This document shows, piece after piece, positions 10,168 through 22,025 of a stretch of DNA of 64,000 nucleotides; position 1 is the stretch's first letter, and each line of letters begins with the position of its first letter. The notes under the pieces are model-generated. The model was given only the letters and a program-made list of their open reading frames with translations, was not told where the DNA came from and did not search any database. The position numbers were made by a program, and so were the translations under genes. Source of the DNA: Pseudomonadota bacterium (lineage in GTDB: Bacteria > Pseudomonadota > Alphaproteobacteria > Rhizobiales > UBA4765); the NCBI GenBank assembly GCA_041694995.1, contig JBGFRS010000028.1, forward strand, positions 9,104 through 73,103, in the 5' to 3' direction.

Positions 10168-10232
10168 GCCCGCCTGGACCCCGTCCGCTCCGTCCGCTAT
10201 GAGGCGCTCCCCGTTTTTGACCGGACCTCGTC

Positions 10233-11255
10233 ATGCGCGCCCTGCGCCTCCACGCCGAACGCGACCTCAAGCTCGACGACATCGCCGCGCCGCCGGCGCC
10301 CGCCGCCGGCGAAGTGCAAATCCGCGTCCGCGCCGTCGCGCTCAATCACATCGACGTCTGGGGCTTCCGCGGCATGGCCTTCGCCAAGCGTGCGCTGCCG
10401 ATCGTCGTCGGAGCGGAAGCGGCGGGCGAGATCGTGGCTCTCGGCGAGGGCGTGTCCGGCCTTTCGATCGGGCAGGCGGTCGTCATGTACGGTGCGCTCA
10501 CCTGCGGCCAGTGCCGCGCCTGCCGGGAGGGGCGCGACAACCACTGCGAGGCCGTCGCGGGCATCATGGGCTTCCACGTCGACGGCTTCGCGCGCGAGCT
10601 CATGAACATCCCGGCGCGTCTCGTCATCCCGGTCCCCACCGGCGTGTCCCTGGTCGAGGGGGCGTGCGCGCCGATCACCTTTTCCACCGTCGAGCACATG
10701 CTGTTCGACAACGCGAAGCTCGCGCGCGGGGAAACGGTCCTTGTCCATGCGGGCGGGTCCGGCATCGGCACGGCGGCGATCACGCTTGCCAAGGCCATCG
10801 GCGCGGCGGTGATCACGACGGTGGGTGACGAGGAGAAGGCCGCCAAGGCCAAGGCGCTCGGCGCCGACCACGCCATCAATTATCGCGAGACCCGCTTCGA
10901 GACGATCGTGCGCCGGCTCACCGGCAAGAAGGGCGTCGACGTCGTCTTCGAGCACACGGGCGCCGACACGTTCAACGGGTCGCTGCTCGCGCTGAAGCGC
11001 GGCGGGCGGCTCGTGACCTGTGGCGCGACATCGGGCGCAACGGTCCAGTTCAACCTGATGCAGCTGTTCCAGCAGCAGTATCGCATCATCGGCTCGTTCG
11101 GCGCGTCGATGCGCAACATCGGGGACGGCCTGCAGAAGATGGCGATCGGGCTGAAGCCGACCATCGACACCGAGGTTGCACTGGAGGATTTCGCGGAAGG
11201 CCTGGCCCGGCTCGAAAGCCGTCGCGTGTTCGGCAAGATCGTCGTGCGCTTATGA
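10233..11255 (+). CDS. adhA2XL: Zinc-binding dehydrogenase/reductase AdhA2XL
   Basis: CGQCRAC...C Zn loop, VHAGGSGIG, FGKIVV; cluster position. Confidence 0.88.
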   Translation: MRALRLHAERDLKLDDIAAPPAPAAGEVQIRVRAVALNHIDVWGFRGMAFAKRALPIVVGAEAAGEIVALGEGVSGLSIGQAVVMYGALTCGQCRACREGRDNHCEAVAGIMGFHVDGFARELMNIPARLVIPVPTGVSLVEGACAPITFSTVEHMLFDNAKLARGETVLVHAGGSGIGTAAITLAKAIGAAVITTVGDEEKAAKAKALGADHAINYRETRFETIVRRLTGKKGVDVVFEHTGADTFNGSLLALKRGGRLVTCGATSGATVQFNLMQLFQQQYRIIGSFGASMRNIGDGLQKMAIGLKPTIDTEVALEDFAEGLARLESRRVFGKIVVRL

Positions 11256-12235
11256 TGGTGGTCCGGCGCGCCTTGGCGCTTCTCCGCAAGGCCGTGGTCG
11301 AAGTCGTCGACCTCGTCGTCGCGGCCGGCGCGGCAGCTCTCATGGCGCTCGTGCGGCTGGTGCCGGAGAGAACGGCGGCAAATGTCGCCGGCACCGTGGC
11401 GCGCGTCGTCGGCATGCGGCTGCCCGTGACGCGGCGCGTGGGGTTGCCGAATCTTAAACTCGCCTTTCCAGAGAAGTCCGAGGCCGAACATCGCGTGATC
11501 CTCGCGGAGTGCTGGGACAATCTCGGCCGCATCGCCGTCGAATACTGCCAGCTCGATCGCATCTGGGACTTCGATCCCAAGACCATGCGCGGCGACCGCG
11601 TCACCTTCAACGAAACCTCGCTCGCGCACTACGTTACGCTGCGCGACGACGGCAAGCCCGCGATCGTCATCGCGGCCCATCTGGCGAATTGGGAATTGCC
11701 GATGGTGGCCGCCGCGGCGCACGGCCTCGATGCGGCGGCGCTCTACCGCGCGCCCAACAATCGGTGGATCGCGCGTTGGGTGCGGGGGCAGCGCCGCGTC
11801 GCAATGGGCGAGCTCGTCACCTCACGTGCGGGCGCGGTCAATCGCTTGTCGCAGATCCTGGCGGAGAACCGTCACGTCGGCCTGCTCGCCGACCAGTACT
11901 TCTATGACGGCATCCGCGCGCCGTTCTTCGGCCACGACACGTTGAGCAATCAGATGTTCGCGCGTCTGGCCCGCATTCATGATTGTCCGGTGCATGCCGT
12001 CCGCGTGATCCGCTTGCCGGGCGATCGGTTCGAGCTCGAACTCACCGGCGCGCTCGATCTGCCGCGCGATGTGAGCGGTCGGGTCGATCCTGCCGGTGCC
12101 GTCGTCGTGATGAATGCGCTGTTCGAGCGGTGGGTGCGCGAGCATCCCGGCCAATGGCTGTGGCTCCACCGCAAATGGCGCGGCGATGACACCGTCACGC
12201 GCAAGGAAGCACGGCGCCGCGCCCGCGGCGCTTGA
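11252..12235 (+). CDS. lpxXL: Lipid A VLCFA acyltransferase LpxXL
   Basis: HLANWE, LADQ, PGQWLWLHRKW; last gene of the acpXL cluster. Confidence 0.9.
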   Translation: MMVVRRALALLRKAVVEVVDLVVAAGAAALMALVRLVPERTAANVAGTVARVVGMRLPVTRRVGLPNLKLAFPEKSEAEHRVILAECWDNLGRIAVEYCQLDRIWDFDPKTMRGDRVTFNETSLAHYVTLRDDGKPAIVIAAHLANWELPMVAAAAHGLDAAALYRAPNNRWIARWVRGQRRVAMGELVTSRAGAVNRLSQILAENRHVGLLADQYFYDGIRAPFFGHDTLSNQMFARLARIHDCPVHAVRVIRLPGDRFELELTGALDLPRDVSGRVDPAGAVVVMNALFERWVREHPGQWLWLHRKWRGDDTVTRKEARRRARGA

Positions 12236-12244
12236 TCGGCGCAT

Positions 12245-12970
12245 TCAACCGCGGCGGCCGGCGCGGGGGCGCAGCTCGGGCCGCATGGCGCTGATCCACA
12301 CCTCGAGGAAGTCGTCGAGGAAGCGCTTGAGTGGCGCATCGTGCAGCCAGCGCTTGTCGAGTTGCTCCGCGCGATCCTGGGCGCCGGGCAAGCCGAAGCG
12401 ATGCGCGCCGCGCACGGTCCAACGATACATCATGGAGTGTGTCAGCTCGGGATGAAATTGAAGACCGTAGGCGCATGGCCCGACACGCATGGCCTGAACG
12501 GGGAAGTGCTCGCCTTCGGCAAGAACCGTTCCATCTCTCGGGCAGTCGAAGCCCTCCGTGTGCCATTGATAGACGTGGTCGGGCCACTCCATGAGAGCGC
12601 GGCCCGCGCACGTCGCGGTGATCGGGTGGTAGCCGACCTCGACGCGGCCTTCCGGATGCCGGTCGACCCGCGCGCCGAGATGCCGCGCCAGCATCTGCGC
12701 GCCGAGGCAGATGCCGAGGAACGGGGCCTCGTCGCGCAAGGGCACGCCGACCCAATCGATCTCGGCCTTGATGAAGTCGTCGGGATCGTTCGCGCTCATC
12801 GGTCCGCCGAAGATCGCGGCGCCAGCGTGGTCGGCCATCGTCTCGGGCAGCGGGTCGCCGAAGCGTGGTCGGCGGACATCGAGTGCGAAGCCGCGTGCTT
12901 CGAGCGCCTGGCCGACGCGGCCGGGCGACGACTGCTCCTGGTGCAGGATGATCAGAACCTTCGGGGACAT
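12245..12970 (-). CDS. Class I glutamine amidotransferase-like protein
   Basis: GGPMS, LGICLGAQ, QFHPE triad. Confidence 0.9.
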   Translation of the reverse strand: MSPKVLIILHQEQSSPGRVGQALEARGFALDVRRPRFGDPLPETMADHAGAAIFGGPMSANDPDDFIKAEIDWVGVPLRDEAPFLGICLGAQMLARHLGARVDRHPEGRVEVGYHPITATCAGRALMEWPDHVYQWHTEGFDCPRDGTVLAEGEHFPVQAMRVGPCAYGLQFHPELTHSMMYRWTVRGAHRFGLPGAQDRAEQLDKRWLHDAPLKRFLDDFLEVWISAMRPELRPRAGRRG

Positions 12971-13045
12971 CGGCAGGATTCGTTTCGGTCCGCATCTATC
13001 GCGCGGCGCCCAGCTGGTCCAGATGGAGGCTGGTCGGCGCCTGGC

Positions 13046-14119
13046 TCATGCCGGGGGGAGTTCCGGGACGTCGTAGGCCGATCCGGGCGGCAGCAGACGG
13101 AATCGCTCGCTGGGCACTGCGTGGGCGGTCAGCGCGGCGGCGAGCGCCATCGGCGGGGCATCGATCGCTTCGTCGGTCAATTGGAACGTGCCCCAATGAT
13201 GAGCGATGGCATATGCGGCCCGGCAGTCGCGGAACGCGCGTACGGCTTCGTCCGGGTTCATGTGGGAATAGGTCATGAACCAGCGCGGCTCGTAGGCACC
13301 GATCGGCAGGATCGCCAGGCGGATGCGGGGAAAGCGCTCGGCGGCCAGCCGGAAGTAGTCGCCGCCGCCATAGCCCGAATCGCCGACGTGATAGATGCCG
13401 CCGTCCGGCGTATCAATGAGGAAGGCCGCCCACAGCGCCTTGTTGCGATCGAGGAGACCGCGCGCCGACCAGTGATGCATTTCCTTCAGATGCAGGGTGA
13501 CGTCGCGCGACAGCCGCGTCGCCTGCCGCCAATCGAAGCTGTCGACGACGGCGTCAGGCACCGCGGCGCGGATGATCGCATCATTGCCGAGGGGTGTGAC
13601 GATGCGCGGGCGGTCGCGGCGCGTGAGCCAAGCGAGCGTGGCCGTGTCGAGATGGTCGTAATGGTTGTGCGAGACGAGCACCGCGTCGATCGGCGGCAGA
13701 TCGTCCAGGGTGACGCCTGGGGCGTTGACCCGCTTCGGGCCGGCGAAGGACACCGGCGAAGCGCGTTCCGACCAGACGGGATCGAGCAGGAGATTGAGCC
13801 CGCGCGTCTGAACGAGCAGGCTCGCGTGGCCGATCATGGTGGCGCGCAGCCGCGATCCCTCGACATGGCGCGGGGGACGATCGCGGCCGGCCGGTGCTGC
13901 CTCCGGCCAAGTTGCGCGGCCGCCGCCGAATTGCCAGCGCAGGAAGTCGGTGAAGCCTCGATGGGGCGGTTTGCCGGGGTTGAAGAAGGTTTCGCCGTTC
14001 CAGTGGTCGGAGGCCGGCCCGTCATAGTAGCGGGCTTGCGCGGCGGAGCGCAGGCCGAATGCCGCGCCGAGGCTCGTAGCGGCACCGGCGAGCCAGAGGA
14101 GGGCGCGTCGCGAGATCAT
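13046..14119 (-). CDS. MBL-fold metallohydrolase (NAPE-PLD/RomA-like), Tat-exported
   Basis: SRRALL Tat motif; SHNHYDHLD, HHWS, GDSGY, PIGAYEPRW, HWGTF. Confidence 0.9.
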   Translation of the reverse strand: MISRRALLWLAGAATSLGAAFGLRSAAQARYYDGPASDHWNGETFFNPGKPPHRGFTDFLRWQFGGGRATWPEAAPAGRDRPPRHVEGSRLRATMIGHASLLVQTRGLNLLLDPVWSERASPVSFAGPKRVNAPGVTLDDLPPIDAVLVSHNHYDHLDTATLAWLTRRDRPRIVTPLGNDAIIRAAVPDAVVDSFDWRQATRLSRDVTLHLKEMHHWSARGLLDRNKALWAAFLIDTPDGGIYHVGDSGYGGGDYFRLAAERFPRIRLAILPIGAYEPRWFMTYSHMNPDEAVRAFRDCRAAYAIAHHWGTFQLTDEAIDAPPMALAAALTAHAVPSERFRLLPPGSAYDVPELPPA

Positions 14120-14214
14120 GCGCGAGCATACACCGGGTGGCCCCCGGTTGAATCGCCGTCTCGCCGTGCGTGGTGCATCGGGCTATGGTCGGCGCAGCCG
14201 CAAGGGGGGTGTTC

Positions 14215-14691
14215 ATGCGTGCGATGATGGTCGGAGTGGTAGGGTTCGGCCTTGCCGGATGCGTGGGCGTGGGGGTCGAGCGCGCCCCGGCCGTGCCCGT
14301 CGCGACCGTGCAGACGCAAGCGCTGCCGCCGGTTGGGGCTGCACCGGCGCCAGCGACGGCGACCCCGGCGGGGCCCGCGCCCGCCGCTCCAGCTTTCACG
14401 CCGATGACGCCGCAAGACATTCCCGGCGAATGGACGACATCCGATCGTCAGGGCAGCACGCAATGCCGGCTGACGCTTGGGCCCGTTCCGCGCGGAAGCG
14501 GCCCGGCGCGCGCCGAAACGCAGGGATGCGGCTCGGACGAACTCGTGCGTGTCGCCGGCTGGCAGAGTCGTGGCGTCGACATCATGCTCGTCGACGCGCG
14601 CGGCGCGCCGTTGATCCTGCTGCGCCCCGCAAGCCGCAACCGCTACGAGGGCACGGGCCTTTCACGCGAAGCCTTTACGATTACTCGGTGA
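14215..14691 (+). CDS. AprI/Inh (Omp19-like) protease-inhibitor family lipoprotein
   Basis: LAGC lipobox, Pro/Ala linker, GEW...CRLTL...GC barrel; typical position upstream of zapE. Confidence 0.78.
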   Translation: MRAMMVGVVGFGLAGCVGVGVERAPAVPVATVQTQALPPVGAAPAPATATPAGPAPAAPAFTPMTPQDIPGEWTTSDRQGSTQCRLTLGPVPRGSGPARAETQGCGSDELVRVAGWQSRGVDIMLVDARGAPLILLRPASRNRYEGTGLSREAFTITR

Positions 14692-14695
14692 TCAG

Positions 14696-15100
14696 ATGTC
14701 GACGCTGCCGCTTCTCGAGGATCGCGATCTGCCTCCTGCCGCCGCCGCGGTGTTCGCGGACATCCGCGCGACCCGCAAGTCCGACTTCGTCAACAATTTC
14801 TGGCGAGCGCTCGCGCACGATCCCGTTCTCCTGAAACGGACCTGGGAGAGCGTGAAGGAGGTGATGCGGCCCGGCGCTCTCGATGCGAAGACGAAGGAGA
14901 TGATGTACCTCGCCGTGTCGATCGCCAATGCTTGCGAGTATTGCATCCGTTCGCATACTGCAGCCGCGCGCGCGAAGGGCATGACCGACGCCGAGTTCAC
15001 CGAGCTTCTGGCGGTCGTCGGTATGGCCTCGGAGACGAACCGCCTGGCGACGGGGCTGCAAGTGCCGGTTGATCCGGCGTTCATGGCATCTCGAAAATGA
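14696..15100 (+). CDS. AhpD/carboxymuconolactone decarboxylase family protein
   Basis: KEMMYLAVS..NACEYCIRSH. Confidence 0.9.
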   Translation: MSTLPLLEDRDLPPAAAAVFADIRATRKSDFVNNFWRALAHDPVLLKRTWESVKEVMRPGALDAKTKEMMYLAVSIANACEYCIRSHTAAARAKGMTDAEFTELLAVVGMASETNRLATGLQVPVDPAFMASRK

Positions 15101-15129
15101 AGAAGGCCGGCCGACAAGGTCGGCCGGCC
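15097..15129 (-). terminator. Intrinsic terminator between convergent genes
   Basis: 11-bp stem GGCCGGCCGAC/GTCGGCCGGCC (15105-15129) followed by TTCTTCATTTT on the minus strand. Confidence 0.75.
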
Positions 15130-15175
15130 GGGCAGGTTGGCGGGTTCCAGGGCGAGCGCTGCCGGCGATCGCCGT

Positions 15176-15391
15176 TCAGCGGTCGTTGGCGGGGGCGACC
15201 ACCGGCGCGCCGCGGTCGATTGGCGCACGCTGGCCGACGAACTGGGCGCGGCTCGGGGCCGCGAGGCTGCCGGCGCTCGACGCCTGGGTCAGCGCCAGCA
15301 TCGAGTCGCGGACATAGTTGTCACGGCCTTCGGCGAAGGCGGGGCCGGCGAGCATGGCAAGGAGAGCGAACGAGGTGAGAACGGTCTTCAT
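15176..15391 (-). CDS. Small secreted hypothetical protein (about 71 aa)
   Basis: Signal peptide MKTVLTSFALLAMLAGPAFA, GGAG SD, downstream terminator. Confidence 0.7.
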   Translation of the reverse strand: MKTVLTSFALLAMLAGPAFAEGRDNYVRDSMLALTQASSAGSLAAPSRAQFVGQRAPIDRGAPVVAPANDR

Positions 15392-15758
15392 GGCGGTCAT
15401 CTCCAAGGGTTGTCGTTTCGGGGCATCGATCGGCGTCCTATTGGCGGGGCCGTCGTTCGATGACATGAGAGGTAGCCCCGGCCGTGCGCCGTGCACATTG
15501 GGAAAGCTCGACGGCAAGAATGTGCAATTATGCACAGTAACAAACGCTTCAGTGACGCATCCGTGAGAATTTGCTCACCAAGACGTGAGCGTCGTTCACG
15601 TGCGCTTCACCGTTCGGCTGCATCCGCGCGGGCGGCAGCCGTGTGACGCCGGCCGCGTCTTGAGCGCGGGCGCGAGGCTTGCTCGCGTCCCGGCTCCCCG
15701 ATATCGACGCGACGGCAGCTCCGGCGCTTCGCGCTTTGAACAACCCCTCTCCCCGACG

Positions 15759-16916
15759 ATGACAGTGATTGCCGAACGTTACGAAGCGCTGGTGCGCGAG
15801 GGCTCGATCGAGCGCGACCCGGCGCAGGTGGCGGCGGTCGTGCGGCTCGATGGGCTTCTTGATGTCCTCGTCAACCAAAAGCCCGACAAGGGTCGCAGCC
15901 TCCTCGGCCGCCTGTTCGGCGGCGGCGCTCCGGATGAGCCGACCAAGGGCCTCTACATCTGGGGCGAGGTCGGCCGCGGCAAGACCATGCTGATGGACCT
16001 GTTCTTCGGCGCCGTCCCCCTCCCCTTCAAGCGGCGTGTGCACTTCCACGCCTTCATGGCGGAGGTGCACGAGCGCGTTCACGACTTCCGTCAGCGCCTC
16101 AAGCGCGCGGGGGTGGCGGGGGACGATCCGATCGCGCCGGTCGCGGCCGATATCGCGCGCGAGACCCGCCTGCTGTGCTTCGACGAATTCGCCGTGACGG
16201 ACATCGCCGACGCCATGATCCTCGGCCGCTTGTTCACGCAGCTTTTCGGGCAGGGCGTCGTGATGATCGCAACCTCGAATGTTGCGCCGGACCGTTTGTA
16301 CGAAGGCGGCCTGCAGCGCGCGAATTTCCTGCCGTTCCTGAAGCTGCTCGGGGAGCGCGTGGATGTCATCCATCTGGCCGCGCGGACCGACTTTCGTCTC
16401 GAGAAGCTCGAAGCCGTCGAGGTCTGGCATGCACCCCTCGATGCGGCGGCGGATGCAGCCATGGACGCGGCCTGGGTGCGGGTGTCGGGCGGTCACGACC
16501 ACGGCGAAACGCTGAAGGTCAAGGGTCGCGACGTGGCCGTGCCGCGTGCGGCCATGGGCGCTGCGCGCTTTGCCTTCGCCGATCTGTGCGGGCGCCCCCT
16601 CGGCGCGTCCGATTACCTCGCGCTCGCGCGCCGCTTCCACACCCTGGTGATCGATCGCATCCCGGTCATGACCGCTGCGCAGCGCAACGAGGCGCGCCGC
16701 TTCATCACCTTGATCGATGCCCTCTATGATCACGGCTGCAAGCTGGTCGCCTCGGCCGCCGCGGCGCCGCATGCCCTCTACACGGCCGAGGACGGCAAGG
16801 AGGCCTTCGAGTTCCGCCGCTGCGCCTCGCGGCTGATCGAGATGCGCTCTCACGACTATCTCGCCGCGCCGCACGTGCTCGCCGGGGAGGGATCGTTCAT
16901 CGCGGTCGAAACGTGA
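15759..16916 (+). CDS. zapE: AFG1/ZapE family ATPase
   Basis: GLYIWGEVGRGKT, LCFDEF, ATSN, RRFITLID. Confidence 0.95.
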   Translation: MTVIAERYEALVREGSIERDPAQVAAVVRLDGLLDVLVNQKPDKGRSLLGRLFGGGAPDEPTKGLYIWGEVGRGKTMLMDLFFGAVPLPFKRRVHFHAFMAEVHERVHDFRQRLKRAGVAGDDPIAPVAADIARETRLLCFDEFAVTDIADAMILGRLFTQLFGQGVVMIATSNVAPDRLYEGGLQRANFLPFLKLLGERVDVIHLAARTDFRLEKLEAVEVWHAPLDAAADAAMDAAWVRVSGGHDHGETLKVKGRDVAVPRAAMGAARFAFADLCGRPLGASDYLALARRFHTLVIDRIPVMTAAQRNEARRFITLIDALYDHGCKLVASAAAAPHALYTAEDGKEAFEFRRCASRLIEMRSHDYLAAPHVLAGEGSFIAVET

Positions 16917-16994
16917 GCTGCGCGAGCAGCGGCTGATCCTGACCGGAGCCACACGCCTTTCGGCCGTCTTGCACCGCAACACAGGGCGGGCTAG

Positions 16995-18023
<1,029 letters not shown>

Positions 18024-18053
18024 TCATCTCCGCCCGCAACGCAGGACAGACGC

Positions 18054-19250
<1,197 letters not shown>

Positions 19251-19274
19251 GCCGAAGCCGAGCAGGTCGCGATG

Positions 19275-19311
19275 TTGCTGACGCACACAGTTTCGCGTAA
19301 ACTGTGTGCGT
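19275..19311 (+). promoter_or_regulatory. Toxin-antitoxin promoter overlapped by a palindromic operator
   Basis: TTGCTG-N17-TAAACT overlapped by a perfect 13-bp inverted repeat ACGCACACAGTTT-N5-AAACTGTGTGCGT (19281-19311); GGAGG follows. Confidence 0.8.
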
Positions 19312-19323
19312 TGGAGGGGCCAA

Positions 19324-19560
19324 ATGGCCAAGAACATCACGCTCGCGATTGACGACGAGATTCTCGAGAAGGTCCGAATCGTGGCCGCTAAACGGAAAAC
19401 GACGGTCAACGGCTTGGTACGAGACCATCTCCGCTGGATCGCACGAGGCGAAGACGAGACGCGGCGCGCCCTCGCGGAGTTGCGGGCGATGAGCAATTCG
19501 ACGAAAGCGCGCCTCGGTCCTGGTTGGCGCTTCGACCGAGACGGCACGCATGATCGTTGA
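19324..19560 (+). CDS. Ribbon-helix-helix antitoxin (VapB/DUF6364-like)
   Basis: [12 protein letters not shown]...[11 protein letters not shown] pattern, FDRD tail; overlaps the PIN gene. Confidence 0.82.
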   Translation: MAKNITLAIDDEILEKVRIVAAKRKTTVNGLVRDHLRWIARGEDETRRALAELRAMSNSTKARLGPGWRFDRDGTHDR

Positions 19561-19969
19561 TGCCTTCCTCGACACGAATATCCTGCTCTATGCAGCCGCC
19601 GGGCGACATGACGCCTCAGAGAAGTGCGAGATGTCGTTGCAGCTGATCGAGGACGCGAACTTCGGTTTGTCGGGGCAAGTTCTATCGGAGTTCTACAACA
19701 ATGCGACCCGCAAGCTCGCGGTGCCTCTGACCCCCGACGAGGCGAGCGACTGGGTCGTGAGGCTTGCCCGCGTTCCGACGGTGCCCGTCGATGCCGAGCT
19801 CGTGCAGGCGGGAATTGTCGCGAGCCGTCGCTATCAGCTCTCCTATTGGGACGGCGCGGTCGTCGCGGCCGCGCAGCGTCTCGGCGCGCCGGTGCTCTAC
19901 ACCGAAGACCTGAATCACGGGCAAGCCTACGGGTCGGTCCGCGTCGTCAATCCATTCCGAGACCAGTGA
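19550..19969 (+). CDS. vapC: PIN-domain toxin (VapC family)
   Basis: FLDTNILLY, LSEF, YWDG, LYTED, VNPF; acidic catalytic set intact. Confidence 0.92.
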   Translation: MIVDAFLDTNILLYAAAGRHDASEKCEMSLQLIEDANFGLSGQVLSEFYNNATRKLAVPLTPDEASDWVVRLARVPTVPVDAELVQAGIVASRRYQLSYWDGAVVAAAQRLGAPVLYTEDLNHGQAYGSVRVVNPFRDQ

Positions 19970-19981
19970 GACTTCAACGCC

Positions 19982-20871
<890 letters not shown>

Positions 20872-20872
<1 letters not shown>

Positions 20873-21858
20873 TGGCGGATCGCGCGCGAGCCCTGTGGAT
20901 CGAGGCTGCGGGGCGCGCGCTCATCCGCGACGAGGTCTTGGCGGCGCCGGGTCCCGGCGAGGTTCGCGTCCGCACCGTCTTCTCCGGCGTCAGCCGTGGT
21001 ACCGAGAGTCTCGTCTTCCATGGCCGCGTGCCGCCGAGCGAATACGAGCGCATGCGCGGGCCGAACATGGCCGGCGCATTTCCCTTCCCGGTCAAGTACG
21101 GCTACTGCGCGGTCGGCGTGGTCGAAACGCCGGGCCATGCGCTCGACGGTGCCACGGTCTTCGCGCTCCATCCGCACCAGACGGCATTCAACGTCGCGCC
21201 CGGCTGGCTCGCGCGGGTGCCGGACGGGGTGCCGTCGGCGCGGGCGGTGCTCGCGGCGAACATGGAGACGGCGCTCAATGCGGTGTGGGATGCCGGCGTC
21301 GGACCTGGCGATCGCGTCGCGGTGGTCGGCGCGGGCGTCGCCGGCTGCCTCGTTGCGCATCTTGCGGCGCGCATGCCCGGCACAGCGGTCGTGCTCGTCG
21401 ACATCGACCCGGCCAAGGCCGAGATCGCGGCGGCGCTGGACGTGACCTTCGCGGCTCCGGCCGATGCGCCGACGGGCTGCGACGTAGTGGTGCACACCTC
21501 TGCGACGGCCGCGGGCCTCGATACCGCGCTTTCCCTTGCCGGGTTCGAGGCGACGGTGGTGGAACTGTCCTGGTTCGGCGAGGGCCGGCAGGCGATTGCG
21601 CTCGGGGATGCGTTCCATTCGCAACGCTTGACGTTGCGGTCGAGCCAGGTCGGGTCCGTATCGCCGTCGCGGCGCGCGCGCTGGCCGCATGCGCGCCGTC
21701 TTGAAAAGGCGCTGGACCTCCTCGCGGATGCGCGCCTCGACGCTCTCCTGCCGTCCTCGATCGCCTTCGAAGCGCTTCCGGACAAGCTGGCCCAGGTGCT
21801 GGCGCCCGGCAGCGGCGTGCTGTGCCAGCTGGTGAGTTACGATCTCACGGATACGTGA
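20872..21858 (+). CDS. MDR-superfamily (zinc-type) dehydrogenase
   Basis: SRGTE, FPVKYGY, NMETALN, VVGAGVAG; TGATG-coupled to sucD. Confidence 0.85.
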
Positions 21859-22025
21859 CTCCGGCTTCCCCAAGCGTCGCGAGTGGCCAGCGCGGGCGAC
21901 CCTTGCAAAAGCCAAATGGCGAGGTCATACACCAGCCGCAGCGAGACGGCCGCGGGATGATCCCCGGGGCCCGTATCGAAACACCAGTTCGGGGGGTGCG
22001 TGAAAGGCCTCCCGCGGGGGATTTC

